Below, piece by piece: positions 1 through 12,800 of a DNA stretch of 64,000 nt. The DNA is from Mobula birostris (taxonomy: Eukaryota), in assembly GCF_030028105.1 (NCBI RefSeq), contig NC_092372.1, forward strand, positions 117,426,997 through 117,490,996, given 5' to 3'. The notes under the pieces are model-generated. The model was given only the letters and a program-made list of their open reading frames with translations, searched no databases and was not told the origin of the DNA. The position numbers and the translations under genes are program-made. The stretch's first letter is position 1; every line of letters begins with the position of its first letter.

Positions 1-971
1 TGGCCGCAGAGGTGGCTCATGCATTCATCAGCACCTGAGTTGCTTGGTTTGGCACCCCACCTGATATTTCCTCTGGCCGCAGTCCCCAGTTCATTTCCAG
101 CCCCTGGGCTGCAATGGACCAGAACCTCAGTGTTAGGCTACATCACACCACAGCGTATCACCCACAGAACAGCGGCCTAAGTGAGTGGTTTCACCTCTCC
201 TGTAAGGCTGCTCTGAGGGCTTCTCTGGCTGATGAGTGTTGACATGAACATCTCCCATGTGTCCTGCTGGGGCTCAGAACAGCTCCAAAAGAGGACCTGC
301 AGTTGTCCGTGGCTGAGTTGGTGTACAGGTAGATGATACAAGTGCCAGGTGATTTCATTCCTGGTCGGCCTCTCAACAGCATTCCACCCTCCTCAGCAAA
401 TTCAATTCCTTTTCACCTATTCCTACCTCCATCACCGGCCCCTGCTGACCCACGTTCCACCTTGTTTGTTTTCGTCTGCCATGATGCACACCAACATTCG
501 CTTAGACCCCCTTTCGCATTTTGGAATGTAGAGAAAAGACTTTTATCATAAATAAGAGGGGTAAACCTGAATGTACTTTGGGAGGCCCCCCCAAGATTTG
601 GAGTATTCCTTTGCCATGTCCCTGGCATTAGAACATGACCTTGAGTGTGTCACGCACCTGTGGGGTAGCCACAGACACCTGCTGATCCTCCACCCCTGGA
701 ACGTAGCACCCGAGCCAGGCAGCTCGTCCGAGCTCCAGACAGGCTCACGAGGCCGGTTTTAGTGAATTCTGGGGCGGGGGCTGCTGTGTAGGATAATGTA
801 AATGGGAGATACGTACCTGATTCACCTTTAAGAGGCTGGTCTGATGTGATGACATTGTAATGTTAGGATTTTTGGCACAATTTTGTGTTTAGGTTTTGGA
901 GTTCAGTAATATGTGTTGTGGGTTTTATTAATATAAAACACCTCACTTGAATTTATTTGCGAAAACCTGCA
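1..971 (+). mobile_element. Degenerate Gypsy-type LTR retrotransposon 3' end (integrase remnant, polypurine tract, probable 3' LTR 787-971)
   Basis: About 136-327 reads RLHHTTAYHPQNSGLSEWFH...KAALRASL...HLPCVLLGLRTAPKEDL..SVAELVY (with a stop), typical of Gypsy integrase. G-rich tract at 770-780 is followed by TGTAGG(787)...CCTGCA(971). Confidence 0.75.
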
Positions 972-1024
972 GAATATGGAAGTAAAGGCGGTGGAGAATT
1001 AAGGAGGGAAGAAGGGACGAAGTC

Positions 1025-1351
1025 ACATCCAGGCCAGGACCACCAGACTCAAAAACAGTTACCCTACCGAAGCAGTAAGGCCGATCAACACCTCTGCCCA
1101 CCAACTCCACCACTACTTTATTATTTCCTGTCAGTCACTTTATGCACAGCCTAGTATCACTTTATAAACATGTAATAATTCTATGTATATAAGCTACCGA
1201 GTGTGATTATAGTTTTGTGTTTTTTTATTCTTATTGTGTTCTTTGTCTTTTGTGGGTTTTTTGTGCTGCATTAGGTCTAGAACAACAATTATTTAGTCCT
1301 CCTTTGCACTTGTGTACAGGAAATGACATCAAACAATCTTGAATCTTGAAT
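1025..1351 (+). mobile_element. LINE 3' end fragment (Rex/Babar-like)
   Basis: Similar to the LINE tail at 34950-35242; ends in (AATCTTG)n. Confidence 0.6.
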
Positions 1352-1637
1352 GAGTATTTGTCTAGGTCTTCACTCGTTGAGTTTAGAAGAATGGGGGGGG
1401 GGTGGATCTCATTGAAAACTGCTGAATCCTGAAAAGATCAAGATAGAGTCGATTTAGGTACGATGCTTCCTATAGTGGGAGAGCCTAAGGTCAGAGGGCA
1501 CAGCCTCAGAATACAGGGACATCCCTTTAGAGCAGAGGAGAGGAGGAATTTCTTTAGCCAAAGCGTGGTGAATCTGTGGAACTAATTCCCACAGACGACT
1601 GTGGACGCCAATTTGGCTCCTATGTCTTATGGTCTTA
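1352..1637 (+). mobile_element. CR1 LINE 3' fragment
   Basis: GAGTTTAGAAGAATG...GATCTCATTGAAA and terminal CTCCTATGTCTTATGGTCTTA, shared with other CR1 copies in the window. Confidence 0.7.
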
Positions 1638-1638
1638 A

Positions 1639-1670
1639 ATAGATAGATAGATAGGGAGATAGATAGAGAT
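1639..1670. repeat. (GATA)n microsatellite
   Basis: atagatagatagatagggagatagatagagat. Confidence 0.85.
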
Positions 1671-1699
1671 AAATCAATCAGGACGTGAATCTGATCAAT

Positions 1700-2160
1700 G
1701 ACAGGGCTTATAGCGCAAGCGGAACCTTTGTGCTGAGGCTGCGGGTGTGTGGGGAAACGGTTGAGTGTGACCACCTTGTCCGTCGCTATGGCGCTGCTAA
1801 TGGTGCTGCGCCGGGTCGGTTTCTGTCCGTGGGAGGGCGAGGCAGGTGGGTACCGAGCCGGAGGTGGGTGCGCGGAGATAAACTAAACCGGTGTATGCGT
1901 GGGAGGGGGAACGTGGACATTCTACTGGGCTGAATCTTGTGTTCAGGCCAGTGATTTTGCTCCAAGGTTACATCCGGCTGATGGTCCTGTTTTGGGAACG
2001 GGCGTTACTATTGCCCCAGCCTTGGACCCGTCCCCTTGGTCGGAGTGATTTCGCTGTGGTGAGGGCGAACCAAGCGCATGGCCAAGAGCAGCAGAGTAAT
2101 TCCCAGGCCTTATTGTGCAGATTGCAACTTTGAATCAGGACCGTGGTTCCTCTGTAAATT
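1700..2160 (+). promoter_or_regulatory. CpG-rich promoter / first-exon region of MRPL16
   Basis: Local CpG enrichment around the ATG at 1788; GCGGAAC ETS-like motif near 1719. Confidence 0.55.
1788..1845 (+). CDS. MRPL16: MRPL16 coding exon 1 (mitochondrial targeting peptide region)
   Basis: ATG 1788, MALLMVLRRVGFCPWEGEA; donor CAG|GTGGGT; 58 nt, phase 1 matches exon 2. Confidence 0.75.
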
Positions 2161-2269
2161 GGTTGAGGGTGTTACCTGTCAGACCTGCCTTCTATCTACG
2201 CTGCATAGTACTGTGCATATACCTGAAGGGTAATATATGTTTAACTGATATTTTTCCTGTATGCGCAGA

Positions 2270-2570
2270 AAGACTGAATTCACGTAGGCTTAGAGAATCA
2301 AGAGCTAGAGGTCTTGATTTAAGGTGACAAGAGGAGACATTTAGTGGAAAACCAAGGGGCAAATTGTATTATGGAATAATCTAGTGGAAGTGGTTGAGGC
2401 AAGTATATTAACCGCACTTAAAAGTTAATTGACAGGTTAGTGGATAGGAAAGGCACTGAGAGATCTGAGCCAAAAATGGGCAAATAGGACTGACTTCGAT
2501 GGAATTTGGTTGGCTTTGAATGGTTAGGGGAAAGAGTCTGTTTCTGTATTGTATAACTCTGTATAATGAC
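2270..2570 (+). mobile_element. Degenerate CR1 3' fragment in MRPL16 intron 1
   Basis: GAATCAAGAGCTAGAGG...TAAGGTGA and terminal TGTTTCTGTATTGTATAACTCT. Confidence 0.55.
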
Positions 2571-2587
2571 AGCCATCTTCTTTACAG

Positions 2588-2659
2588 GCCAATATCAGAA
2601 GATTGCAAAAGTTTTCCCAGTTGGGCTAAAGACCTATGAGCTTCCTCCCAGTTACGATG
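2588..2659 (+). CDS. MRPL16: MRPL16 coding exon 2
   Basis: tttacag|GC...GATG|gtgagt; (G)QYQKIAKVFPVGLKTYELPPSYD; 72 nt, phase 1-1. Confidence 0.88.
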
Positions 2660-2704
2660 GTGAGTTAGAATAAACTTTTACTCTCCCATTCATCCTGATG
2701 CCTA

Positions 2705-3885
2705 TCCATAAGACATGGGGACAGGATTAGGCTGTTTGGTCCATCAAGTCTTCTCTGCCATTCCGTCGTGACTGATTTATTTTCCCTTTTAATCGCATAT
2801 TCCTGCCCTGTAGCCTTTGATGCCTTGCTGATCGAGAATCAATCAATTCCTGCTTTAAGTATGCCCAATGACTTGGCCTCCACAGCCACCTATGGCAATG
2901 ATTTCCACAAATTCACCACCCTCTGAACAAAGATATTTCTCATCTCTGTTTAAAATGGGTGTTTTTCTATTCTGAGCCTGTGACCTGTGGACCTACACTC
3001 GCCAACTATTGAAAATATCCTTGCTCTCTCCATTCTATCTAGGCCTTTCAATATTCAGAAGCTTTCAATGAGAACCACGTTCCCCCCACCCCACCCCACC
3101 CCCAATCTTCTAACCTCCAGCGAGCACAGGCCCAGAACCATCAATGCTCCTCCTATGTTAGCCCTTTCATACCCAGGATCATTCTGGTAAATAACTGCAG
3201 GACCCTCCCCAATACCAGCATACCCTTTCTTGAGTATGAGAACCAAAACTGCTCACAATACTTCAAATGTGGTCTAAGCAATGCCTTATAAAGCCTCAGC
3301 ATTATATCCTTGCCTTTGTATTCAAACCTTCTCAAAATGAATGCTAACATTGTATTTGCCAGCCTTACCACCAGCTCAACTTGCACGTTAACCCTTAGGA
3401 ATCTTGCACTGAGACTCTCCAGTCTCTTTGTACCTCTGGTTTCTGAATTCGCTCCCCATTTAGAAAATTGTCTACGCCTTTATTCCTTCTAAAAAAGTGC
3501 ACGAATTTACACTTCCCTAAACTTATTTAACCTGCTATTTGTTTGCCCAGTCTCCTAATCTGTCAAGGTTTTCTTCCTGCCCTCTTTGTATCATTTGCAA
3601 ACTTGGTCACAAAGCCATCATTTCCATCATCCAGATTAATTAACATATAATGTGAAAGTAGCGAGCCCGACACCAAGCCTGTGGAACACCATGAGTTACT
3701 GGCAGCCAACCAGAAAAGGTCCCTTTTATTCATGCTCTTTGCTTTGTGCAGTTGGCCAATCTTCTGTCCTTTAGTACCATGGACTGTTATTTGTTTAGCC
3801 GCCTCCGGTGCAGCAGCTTGGCAAAGATCTTCTGAAATTCAAGTAAGCAACGTCACTGGCTCTCCTTTATCTATTCTGTTGCCCT
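2705..3885 (-). mobile_element. CR1 LINE, 5'-truncated
   Basis: Minus ORF 3153-3386 ANTMLAFI...LRLYKALLRPHLKYCEQFW is the CR1 ORF2 C-terminal signature; tail at 2705. Confidence 0.88.
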
Positions 3886-5712
3886 CACGATGCGTGTGTA
3901 CGAAGCTAGGGAGTTAAACACCTTCTCAAAAATCACCCAAGCTGGAAGCTTTCTTCAGGGATTTTAATGAGAAAACTTATTGAAGCTGCAGAAAGTGAAG
4001 TAAAATACTTATTAGATTCAATATAGAATCATCACACGCCTGAATATAATAATACTATTGATTTTTCTGACGATCATAATCAAACAAGGTAACACACACA
4101 TGCAACATTCTTTAGCTATGCTGTGGGTTGGAGTGACCTCGTGGCACAATAGTTTAATTGTGATGAAGGATAAATATAATGCTTCCTCTGAAGTACATCT
4201 AAATGTTTACCAGTATTAAGAAAGCTTAAGACACACAGGTTTTGCTGTTTCAAGGTCAGATGAAAGGTGGATGGAGATGTATTGTTCTTCTATTGTGTTT
4301 GCTCCAAGTGTCATGTGAAAAGTGGGGTTGTGGCCTGTCGGTGTCAGGGATGCTTGAATGGGATGGACTGGGGTGTGGAGGCGAGGCAGGGGATTGCGTG
4401 AAGGAATGTGGGATCAGATAAGGGTCACCATTGTGTGCAGCTAAAGGCTGAGCAATCATCGGGGGGGTGGGGGGGGGGTCAGGTGGGATCGGAGCCGAGC
4501 CCTGAGAAGGCAATCAGTGACGTGACATGGGAGGCCCAGGATGGATGTGTTGGTAAGGACCAAGTGTTGCCTCTGCAGTCTGGGTCCTATGTGCAGCTCT
4601 AGCTCAGGATAAAATGCACAGCAAGCTGTTCACTGGCGCAGAGCCATGGAAATGGAACACAGTTGACTCTCACACTGTGTGTCAGGACTCTACTGTATTT
4701 GGGTAGGGAGTCCAGAACTAGAGTGCAGAGGGGAAAGGTGAAAGGGGAGAGATCCAAGGGGTACACTTTTCCACACTATACGTGGTGGTGGTTATTTGGA
4801 TCAAGATGCCAGAGGAGGTGGTGGACACAGTGATAATTACAACAGTTAGAAAGTGTTTTCGCAAATCTGAGGATGGGACGGACCTATTGCCAGCAAATGG
4901 GCGAGTGTAGATAGGCATCATAGTTGGCATGGACCTGTTTCTGTGCTATACCATCCTATGGTTCTACTTGGAAAACGAGTTTCAGGCTCTGTATAACCAA
5001 CAGGCTAGCTGCAAATTTTTGCTAAAGTGCGTGTATGGTTTTGGTCACCATACCGTGCCACAGGAAGAATGTGGCAATGTGAATGAAGCAGAGGAAATTT
5101 ACAATTATGTAGTAAGGGTTTGGACAATTACAACTATGGCTTTATGAGACCAAGCAGACGTTTAACCTGGTCATGCATAACACTGAGGAGATGAAAGGGC
5201 TGGATGGATAGATTGTTGATTCCAAAGGAAGTTACAGTGTCACAGTAGCATTACAAGTGCACACATATACAAATGTTCAAAGTGAAGTAAGAAAGAAGAA
5301 AAAAATAAGTTACCTCAATCAATCTAACAGGAGGGGGTCATCACTTCCCCTGCAAGAGAAAGGGTATAGATTTGAGTAAATTTTAAAAATTAGACAAGAG
5401 CTGATGGGGAAAAGAATTCATCCAATGATAATATCCAAACATTTGAGGCTATTCTACACTTCTTGCCAAATTTGAATACAATTAAATGTAGCCCACTTCT
5501 GTTTCAAAGGAAGAATTTACCTTTATATAGTTCAAAATTTTCCAAAGCACTTCATAGCCAATGTCAAAATTGGTGTGGTCTAGGAACTAAGAGATCAATG
5601 CATGGTCAAGGGTTGTCACCTTGTGGATGAAATATTAAACCAACTTAATAGTGGGGGAGTTGTCTGACAACTTGTCCCATGTGGTCAAGGTAACAACATG
5701 TCATTACATCGT

Positions 5713-5876
5713 AAACATGAGGAATTCTGCAGATGCTGGAAATTCAAGCAACACACATCAAAGTTGCTGGTGAATGCAGCAGGCCAGGCAGCATCTCTAG
5801 GAAGAGGTACAGTCGACGTTTCGGGCTGAGACCCGTCAGGCCTGCTGCGTTCACCAGCAACTTTGATGTGTGTTGC
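5713..5876. mobile_element. Penelope-like derived short element forming a 38-bp hairpin (5748-5785 / 5839-5876)
   Basis: CTGCAGATGCTGG...GGCAGCATC...GTCGACGTTTCGGGCTGAGACCC motif; arms 37/38 Watson-Crick complementary. Confidence 0.7.
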
Positions 5877-6225
5877 AGGTCATTAGATCTATTGCATTGT
5901 GTGGATGATATGAGTTCAAAATTGCCCGTATATTCTAGCTACATGCAAAAGCTTTTCATTGGCTGTGAAGTGTTTTGGAACATTATGAGCAATGCAATAT
6001 AAATGTATATTCTGCCTTTGAAATAGAAGTGGGTTGCATGTAACTGTATTCAAGTTTGCCAAGAAGATAGATCTGTTCTTAAGATGACATCCATAATTAC
6101 TTATGAACCTTGAAATAATGGTTACAGTGTTGTTAACGGTATTAGCTGCTGAATATGGACTTCGGCAGGGATGACAAAACTGCCCGAGCAATCTCTTTGA
6201 CACCTGTGGGGTTTATTTTCCTCAG

Positions 6226-6374
6226 ATGTGATTATTCCTGAGAAGCCAAAGCTGAAATTCTTAAATAAGATCCCAAACTACAAGAAGCCCAGGCGCTGGA
6301 TGAAAAGGCTGGGCGATATCCGTGGGGCAGCAACACGGGCCAATAAAATTGTCTGGGGACAGTATGCCATTGTG
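6226..6374 (+). CDS. MRPL16: MRPL16 coding exon 3
   Basis: ctcag|AT...GTG|gtaggt; DVIIPEKPKLKFLNKIPNYKKPRRWMKRLGDIRGAATRANKIVWGQYAIV, matching the uL16m IPEKPKLxF and DIRG motifs. Confidence 0.93.
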
Positions 6375-7382
6375 GTAGGTTTCTCAATATCCTATGCTGT
6401 TGAAACTCTGGCTGCTTTGTGGAGTTGAATGTGCAAATACAATCTGGTTTGATTACTCCCATGCAGACTTCTTGCCCAGGTGCATTATGAAGTCAGTGGT
6501 GGGTGTGCAGAAGATCTCACAGGTGGAAGCATGTTTTCCAAAACATGTTAACACTTGAATGGGTCGCTCCAAACCAGACCATGGTAGGTCTTTGGTTATC
6601 ATTTCCTTTACTGCTTCTAGTCTGAATGGAGACATGGGAACTCAGATGTGCTAGTAGAGCAGTATGAGAGGGAGCAATGCTGTCACCAAAGAGAGAATGG
6701 AGTGCCACCTGGTTTGTGAAGGTCCAAGCAGAAATCCAGAGCACAGATGAAGAAGTATAGACTTGTAATTCTAGACCAAGCTGCATATGTGAAATACAGT
6801 GCAAACTTGATGCAATGTGAGTTTTGAGAATAACTTTAACGCTGGTTATAGGTGAAACTAACATTCATCTGATATCTGCTTTTGACATGATAGTACGACA
6901 TATAAGGGAACACAAGTAGTCATTGGCAGATGGTAGAGCTCCAGTCCTGGCACCTGATTGCTATCTCTCTGAAGTTTCTGACTTTTAGGTCCTTCGATGG
7001 GAGGGGTATGGAGGCCTGTGGATTGACGGGACGAAGCAGAACGTTGTTGCAGCATGGACTAGATGGGCTGAAGTGCCCTTTGACTCAGAAATGTAACAAT
7101 TCATATTATGTTGAGATTGTTAATACTGAAATCCACACGTAAATAATATAACAAAATAATATAAATAACATAGCAGATTTAATATTTCAGGACGAAAAAG
7201 AAATGGCCCTAATCATGGTTCCAAATATGAGACAAAGCAAAAATATTGTCAAAAGTCAATTGTTTTGCCAATGCTCTTTCTAATGTGACTACTTATTAAT
7301 CTGCCTCATCTTCTCGCCCTTTCCATTCCCTTCCCTTCCCCTCCCGCAACCTGTCCCTTTTTCACTTTTTCTCCATCTTCAG

Positions 7383-7868
7383 GCACTTGGAGGTGGCTAC
7401 CTGCACTGGGGCCACTTTGAAATGATGCGGCTCACCATTAACCGGCGAATGGATGCCAAAACCATGTTTGCACGCTGGCGTGTGAATGCCCCCTATAAAC
7501 CCATCACACGTAAAGGACTAGGACAGAGGATGGGTGGTGGGAAAGGGGCTATTGACCATTATGTCACTCCTGTCAAGTATGGCCGGGTAATTATGGAGCT
7601 TGGGGGGAAATGTGCTTTAAAGGAGGTGGAGCCCTTCCTGTCAGAAGTTGCCAAAAAACTGCCATTTCCTGCCAAGGTTTTTAGCAAGGAATCACTGGAG
7701 GAGATGGTCAAGGAAGAGGAGCAGAAAGCTGAAAACAACCAGAATCCCTGGACTTTTCAAAGGATTGCATCTATGAACATGATGGGTATTCGCAAAGTGT
7801 TGAGTCCATTTGATTTAAAGTACCATGGCAAGTTTAGTGGGAAGTTTCGTGTTCCTGGTCGTGTGTGA
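7383..7868 (+). CDS. MRPL16: MRPL16 coding exon 4 (terminal); mitochondrial large ribosomal subunit protein uL16m, total CDS 765 nt / 254 aa
   Basis: Long polypyrimidine tract then cag|GCA; [21 protein letters not shown]...[17 protein letters not shown]...NNQNPWTF...PGRV*. Confidence 0.97.
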   Translation, partial: ALGGGYLHWGHFEMMRLTINRRMDAKTMFARWRVNAPYKPITRKGLGQRMGGGKGAIDHYVTPVKYGRVIMELGGKCALKEVEPFLSEVAKKLPFPAKVFSKESLEEMVKEEEQKAENNQNPWTFQRIASMNMMGIRKVLSPFDLKYHGKFSGKFRVPGRV

Positions 7869-7873
7869 AAACT

Positions 7874-7879
7874 AATAAA
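7874..7879 (+). terminator. Polyadenylation signal AATAAA of MRPL16
   Basis: AATAAA 5 nt after the stop codon, followed by GT/T-rich sequence at about 7890-7915. Confidence 0.6.
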
Positions 7880-8219
7880 TCTGGCAAAGTGGTCTTTGTA
7901 TTGATCTGTTTTCTGATTGAATGATTGAATCTAATTTAATATCTCACCTGCAAAACTTTAAAAAAAAACACAATGATTGCAGCTTCGGAGTAAAAGACTT
8001 GTCGAAATGACAAGGCTGGAGATGCAATTTACTATCACCAACCTTGCAATTCAGCTCATTAAATAAGTGTGTGTGTGGAGAGCAATTCCATTATTCCCAA
8101 TGTCACTCCTTATTTCCCTGTATCCCTGCAATTTAGTCTCTCACATGTCCAGCAACTATTTCTTTATTCTCTTTGCCACTAACCTGAATTAACTGCCTCT
8201 TGATTCTCTTTTTCACCAA

Positions 8220-9225
8220 CTTCTGGATCCTCTACTTCCTAACCAGAAAACCTCAGTCTGTGTGAATCGGAACTAACATCTTGACAATGCTAACAATGAA
8301 CACTGGCAGTCCACAGGGATGTGTGCTTAGCCCCCTGCTTTATTGTCTCTACACCTATGACTGTGGTTAGGCATAGCTCAAACAGCATCTATAAATTTGC
8401 TGATGATACAACCATTGTTGGCAGAATTTCAGATGGTGACAAAAGGGTGTACAGGAGCGAGATATACCAGTTAGTTGAGTGGTGTCCCAGCAACAAGCTT
8501 GCACTCGACAAGACCAAAGAGCTGATTGTGGACTTCAGAAAGAGTAAGATGAGGGAACACAAACCAATCCTCATAAAGGGATCAGAAGTGGAGAGAGTGA
8601 GCAATTTCAAGTTTCTAGGTATGTATATCTTTGAGGAGTTAACCTGGATGCGACATATTGGTGCAGCTATAAGAAGATAAAACAACAGCTATATTAGGAG
8701 TTTGAGGAAATTTGGTTTGTCAACTAAAACTCAAACTTCTACAAGTACCTTGGATAGCTTTCTGACTGGCTGCATCACCATCTGATAGGTGGGGGTGAGG
8801 AGACACTACTGCTCAAGATTGAAGTAAGTTGCAGAAACTTGTAAGGTTAGTCAGCTCTGTCATGGGTATCAGCCTCCGTAGGTAGTCACCATGAGGTCTT
8901 CAAGGAAGGCAGCGTCCATCATTAGGGATCCCCACCACCCAGTGCATGCTTTTATCACACTTGCTGTTGGGAAGGAGGTACAGACGCCTGAAGGCACAAA
9001 CTCAGTGATTCAGGAACAGCCTCTTCACCTCTGCCATCTGGTGAACACATGAACACTACCTCTCTACGTTTTTATTTCTGTTACTTTGCACTACGTACTT
9101 ATAATAGACATGCTAAATGTAACTCAATGTTTTTCTCTATACTTATCATGTATTTCATTGTACTGCTGCCATAAAGCTAACGAATTTCACAGCACATGCA
9201 GGTGATTCAGATTCAGATTCTGATT
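8220..9225 (+). mobile_element. Rex/Babar LINE, 5'-truncated RT fragment
   Basis: [39 protein letters not shown] motifs; (GATTCA)n tail. Confidence 0.88.
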
Positions 9226-9239
9226 AAAAGATAATTTGC

Positions 9240-9386
9240 AGTAACCTAGCAGCACGAACCCAGAGCACCCACTGGAAACTCATGCAGTCACAATGAGAAT
9301 ATGCAAATCCCACCTTCAACAAGTAGATTAGGATTGAATCCAGGTCTCTGAAGCAGTGAGGCAGCAGCACAAGTTCCTGCACCGCT
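9240..9386 (-). mobile_element. tRNA-derived SINE (HE1-like), degenerate
   Basis: Similar to copies at 18880-19145, 24560-24800 and 26810-27085. Confidence 0.55.
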
Positions 9387-9854
9387 CTAGGTTTGCATTG
9401 AAATAATTGTACGAAAAGAGCAGGCCGTGTCGGGGATGAGTGTAGAGGAAGTGAGTGTGAAAAGTATAATGTATTAAAAGGGAATTTGATGGGTGACAAG
9501 GGAAAGGGGAGGATATAGCGTGGGGAAAGCAAGTGTTTGGGGAAAAGGTGTCACTGCAGGGGAGAAGTAACCGTGTATTGGAGCGTTGAGGATAAATTTA
9601 TGGCATACAAATGATGTTTTTCAAATCATGACAAAAGGCCATTCAACTTATTAGGTTCAATTCTAGATCAGTACTGAGGGACCAAAGAAGGAACTGTCCT
9701 TTCAAATATCTAATCTGTGTAATTAATGAAGGTTCATTGATTATTTGATGGGGAACTGTGATAATGCTATGATCAAATGTTATTAAAAATTGAAAATTAT
9801 TTAGTTCAATATAAAATTGGGTTCTTAAAATCGTGAAGCAAATTACAAATGTAG

Positions 9855-12800
9855 TTACTTCCTGTTAAACCTGTAGCACTTAGGGCAGCAATGAAGGTCC
9901 TCCACCTCTGTCTGTACTTGGCCATCTTCTCTATTGTGCCCCAGGTGTGGTCCAACGACCTCATTTCTGCCCCAACTGGTACAGCGCCAAATCGTCTTTA
10001 GCCTCCCGTGTGTCCTCCACCCTTCAGGGGTCCAATGAATTGCTGTCTTGATGGTGGAGTTGGCCTCTCTTCTCATAACGTGCCCAGTCGGTCTCCAGTG
10101 TTTCCTCGTGATGATTGTGGCCATGTTCTGTTGGTGACTCTGAAGGAGTGGACCGTGGTTGGAGAACTTCCTTGGCCAGAAAATACAGAGAATTTTCCAC
10201 AGGTTCAAGGCGTGGAGTGAATACAGCTTGGCAAGGTTGTTCTCTGTTATGTGCCAACACTGACGCAAACAAGAGTGTGGACAGAACACAGCTCAGGTAC
10301 AGCTTTACCTTGGTGTGAACACTGTAGTTGGTTGATCCCCGTATGTTGCTCATTGATCTGAAGACTCTTCTTCATTTGCTGAGTCTGCACTGAATGTCAT
10401 CCTTGGTCCCACCATCCGGCGGAACGATGCTGCCCAGGGAGGTGAATCTGCTGAACGATGCTTCCCAGGGAGGTGAATCTGCAGAACGATGCTGCCCAGG
10501 GAGGTGAATCTGCTGAACGATGCTTCCCAGGGAGGTGAATCTGCAGAATGATGCTGCCCAGGGAAGTGAATCTGCTGAACGATGCTGCCCAGGGAGGTAA
10601 ATCTGCTGAACGATGCTGCCCAGGGAGGTGAATCTGCAGAATGATGCTGCCCAGGGAGGTGAATCTGCTGAACGATGCTTCCCAGGGAGGTGAATCTGCT
10701 GAACGATGCTTCCCAGGGAGGTGAATCTGCAGAACGATGCTGCCCAGGGAGGTGAATCTGCAGAATGATGCTGCCCAGGGAAGTGAATCTGCTGAACGAT
10801 GCTGCCCAGGGAGGTGAATCTGCTGAACGATGCTGCCCAGGGAGGTGAATCTGCAGGATGATGCTGCCCAGGGAGGTGAATCTGCTGAACGATGCTGTCC
10901 AGGGGGGTGAATCTGCTGAAAGATGCTGCCCAGGGAGGTGAATCTGCTGAACGATGCTGCCCAGGGAGGTGAATCTGCTGAATGATGCTGCCCAGGGAGG
11001 TGAATCTGCAGGATGATGCTGCCCAGGGAGGTGAATCTGCAGGATGATGCTGCCCAGGGAGGTGAATCTGCCACTGCTGGGTAACTCCACTATATGCCTT
11101 GACAGGAAGAGGAGACCCTACACAGACGGCCATGGTGTCAGTCTTTCTCCGGCTGACTCTGTGTTCAACCTGTCCACTAAAGGTACACGGGCACTGAGTT
11201 TTCCCTTGTATGCGCTGGTGTGTATGTGATAATAATGTGAGGTCCTCAGCAAAGTCAAGGTTTTCTAAAGTAGAGAACCGAGTCCACCTAATGTGTCTCT
11301 GCTTATCTTTCATTATCTTTCATTGTTTGCCTCATAACCCAGTCAATCACTAGGTTAAATAATATTGCCGACACCACTCAGCCTTGCCTGACTCCTGTCT
11401 TGACTTCAAAGCTCAGACTACAGTCCCCAACTGTGCTGGTGAAGTTAGCACAGAAACTCTGGATAAGCTGAACAATTTTGGAAGGCATCCCGTATAACCT
11501 GAGAATTCATCAGAAGCTCTTCCTGTGGATGCTATGAAAAGCCTTTTCAAAGTCCACAAAATTTACATGAAGTTGCCTCCGCCACTCTGTGCACTACTCT
11601 GTGATGTTACACAGTGTTAAGATTTGGTAAACACAGCCTCCGTTCTCCTGAAGCCAGCTTGTTCTTTCCTCAAGCACATATTGACAGCATCCACAGTCCT
11701 TTTGGAATATGACTTTGGCGAGAATCTTGCTGTTGCAATCACTGTTGTTGCAATCACTTAGTGCTCCTTTCTTGGGGATCCTTACAATACCCCCCCTTTG
11801 TCCAGTTCTAGGGTACTTGTCCCCGTTCCCAGATTATCATCAATGGTGGCTGCAGGATGGCTGTTGCTACTTTTGGTTCAGTGTTCAAATTGTCATGTTC
11901 TGGAGCTTTGTTGTTGTTTAATGATTTAATCAGAGCACCAGTCTCTTCTTTCTTGGGTGGATCTGTGTTGATGTCGAGGTGCTCTGCTGCCTTGTGTATG
12001 TCAGGCTCTTCATTTGGTGATGGTCTACTCAGTGATTCTCTGAAGTACACCACCCATTGTATTTCTTTCTCCTTCTCAGTTGTCAAAAGCAGAGTGTTCT
12101 TATCTGTCACAGGACCACTGGATCAGGCCTGGAATATTTCCACGTACAAGTTTTGAAATTTTGTGTATATTTCCCTGATCACCTCAATTGGCTGCTGCTT
12201 CAGCCTCCTCTGCAAGGGCTTCCTTATCCTTTCTTGCATGCCTCTTCACTTTCTGGTTCTCTTCAGTATAGGCTGGTTTAAGTTTCTCCTTAATTCGTAT
12301 TGACTTGGCTTCTAACACTTGCTTCTTAATTTTCCGTCTTTCTTCTGTCCATGTTTCCTGCGGTATCCATTCCTTGATCTTCTCTCCAGTTTTGTACACT
12401 AGACAAGCCTTGCTGCTCTCCTTGAAGATTGAGGCAATCTGTTTGCACATTTGTCACACTGACACACCCTTGTCAAGGTCTTGCAAGGCCTCAAATATGT
12501 TCTGAAGCTGAATGGTGAAGGCAGATGCTGTCCTTGAGCTTTTCAACATCAAAGCATCTTTGTGTATGTGTTCTGGTCCCAGTCCTTCTCAGTTTGAGTT
12601 TCATCACTGCTGATCACTTCCCGTATCTGCTCCTGTCTTCACCTTTACACCCTGCAAAGATTGTCTCCACGCACCATTGATCGTTAAATGGTCAGTCTGA
12701 TTCTTTTCATCTCAATTTTTGGAATGAAGATCCCTCTTATGATCAGATTGTTCATGGCACAGAATTCCACCAGCCTTTCACCATTGATATTCATTGTTCC

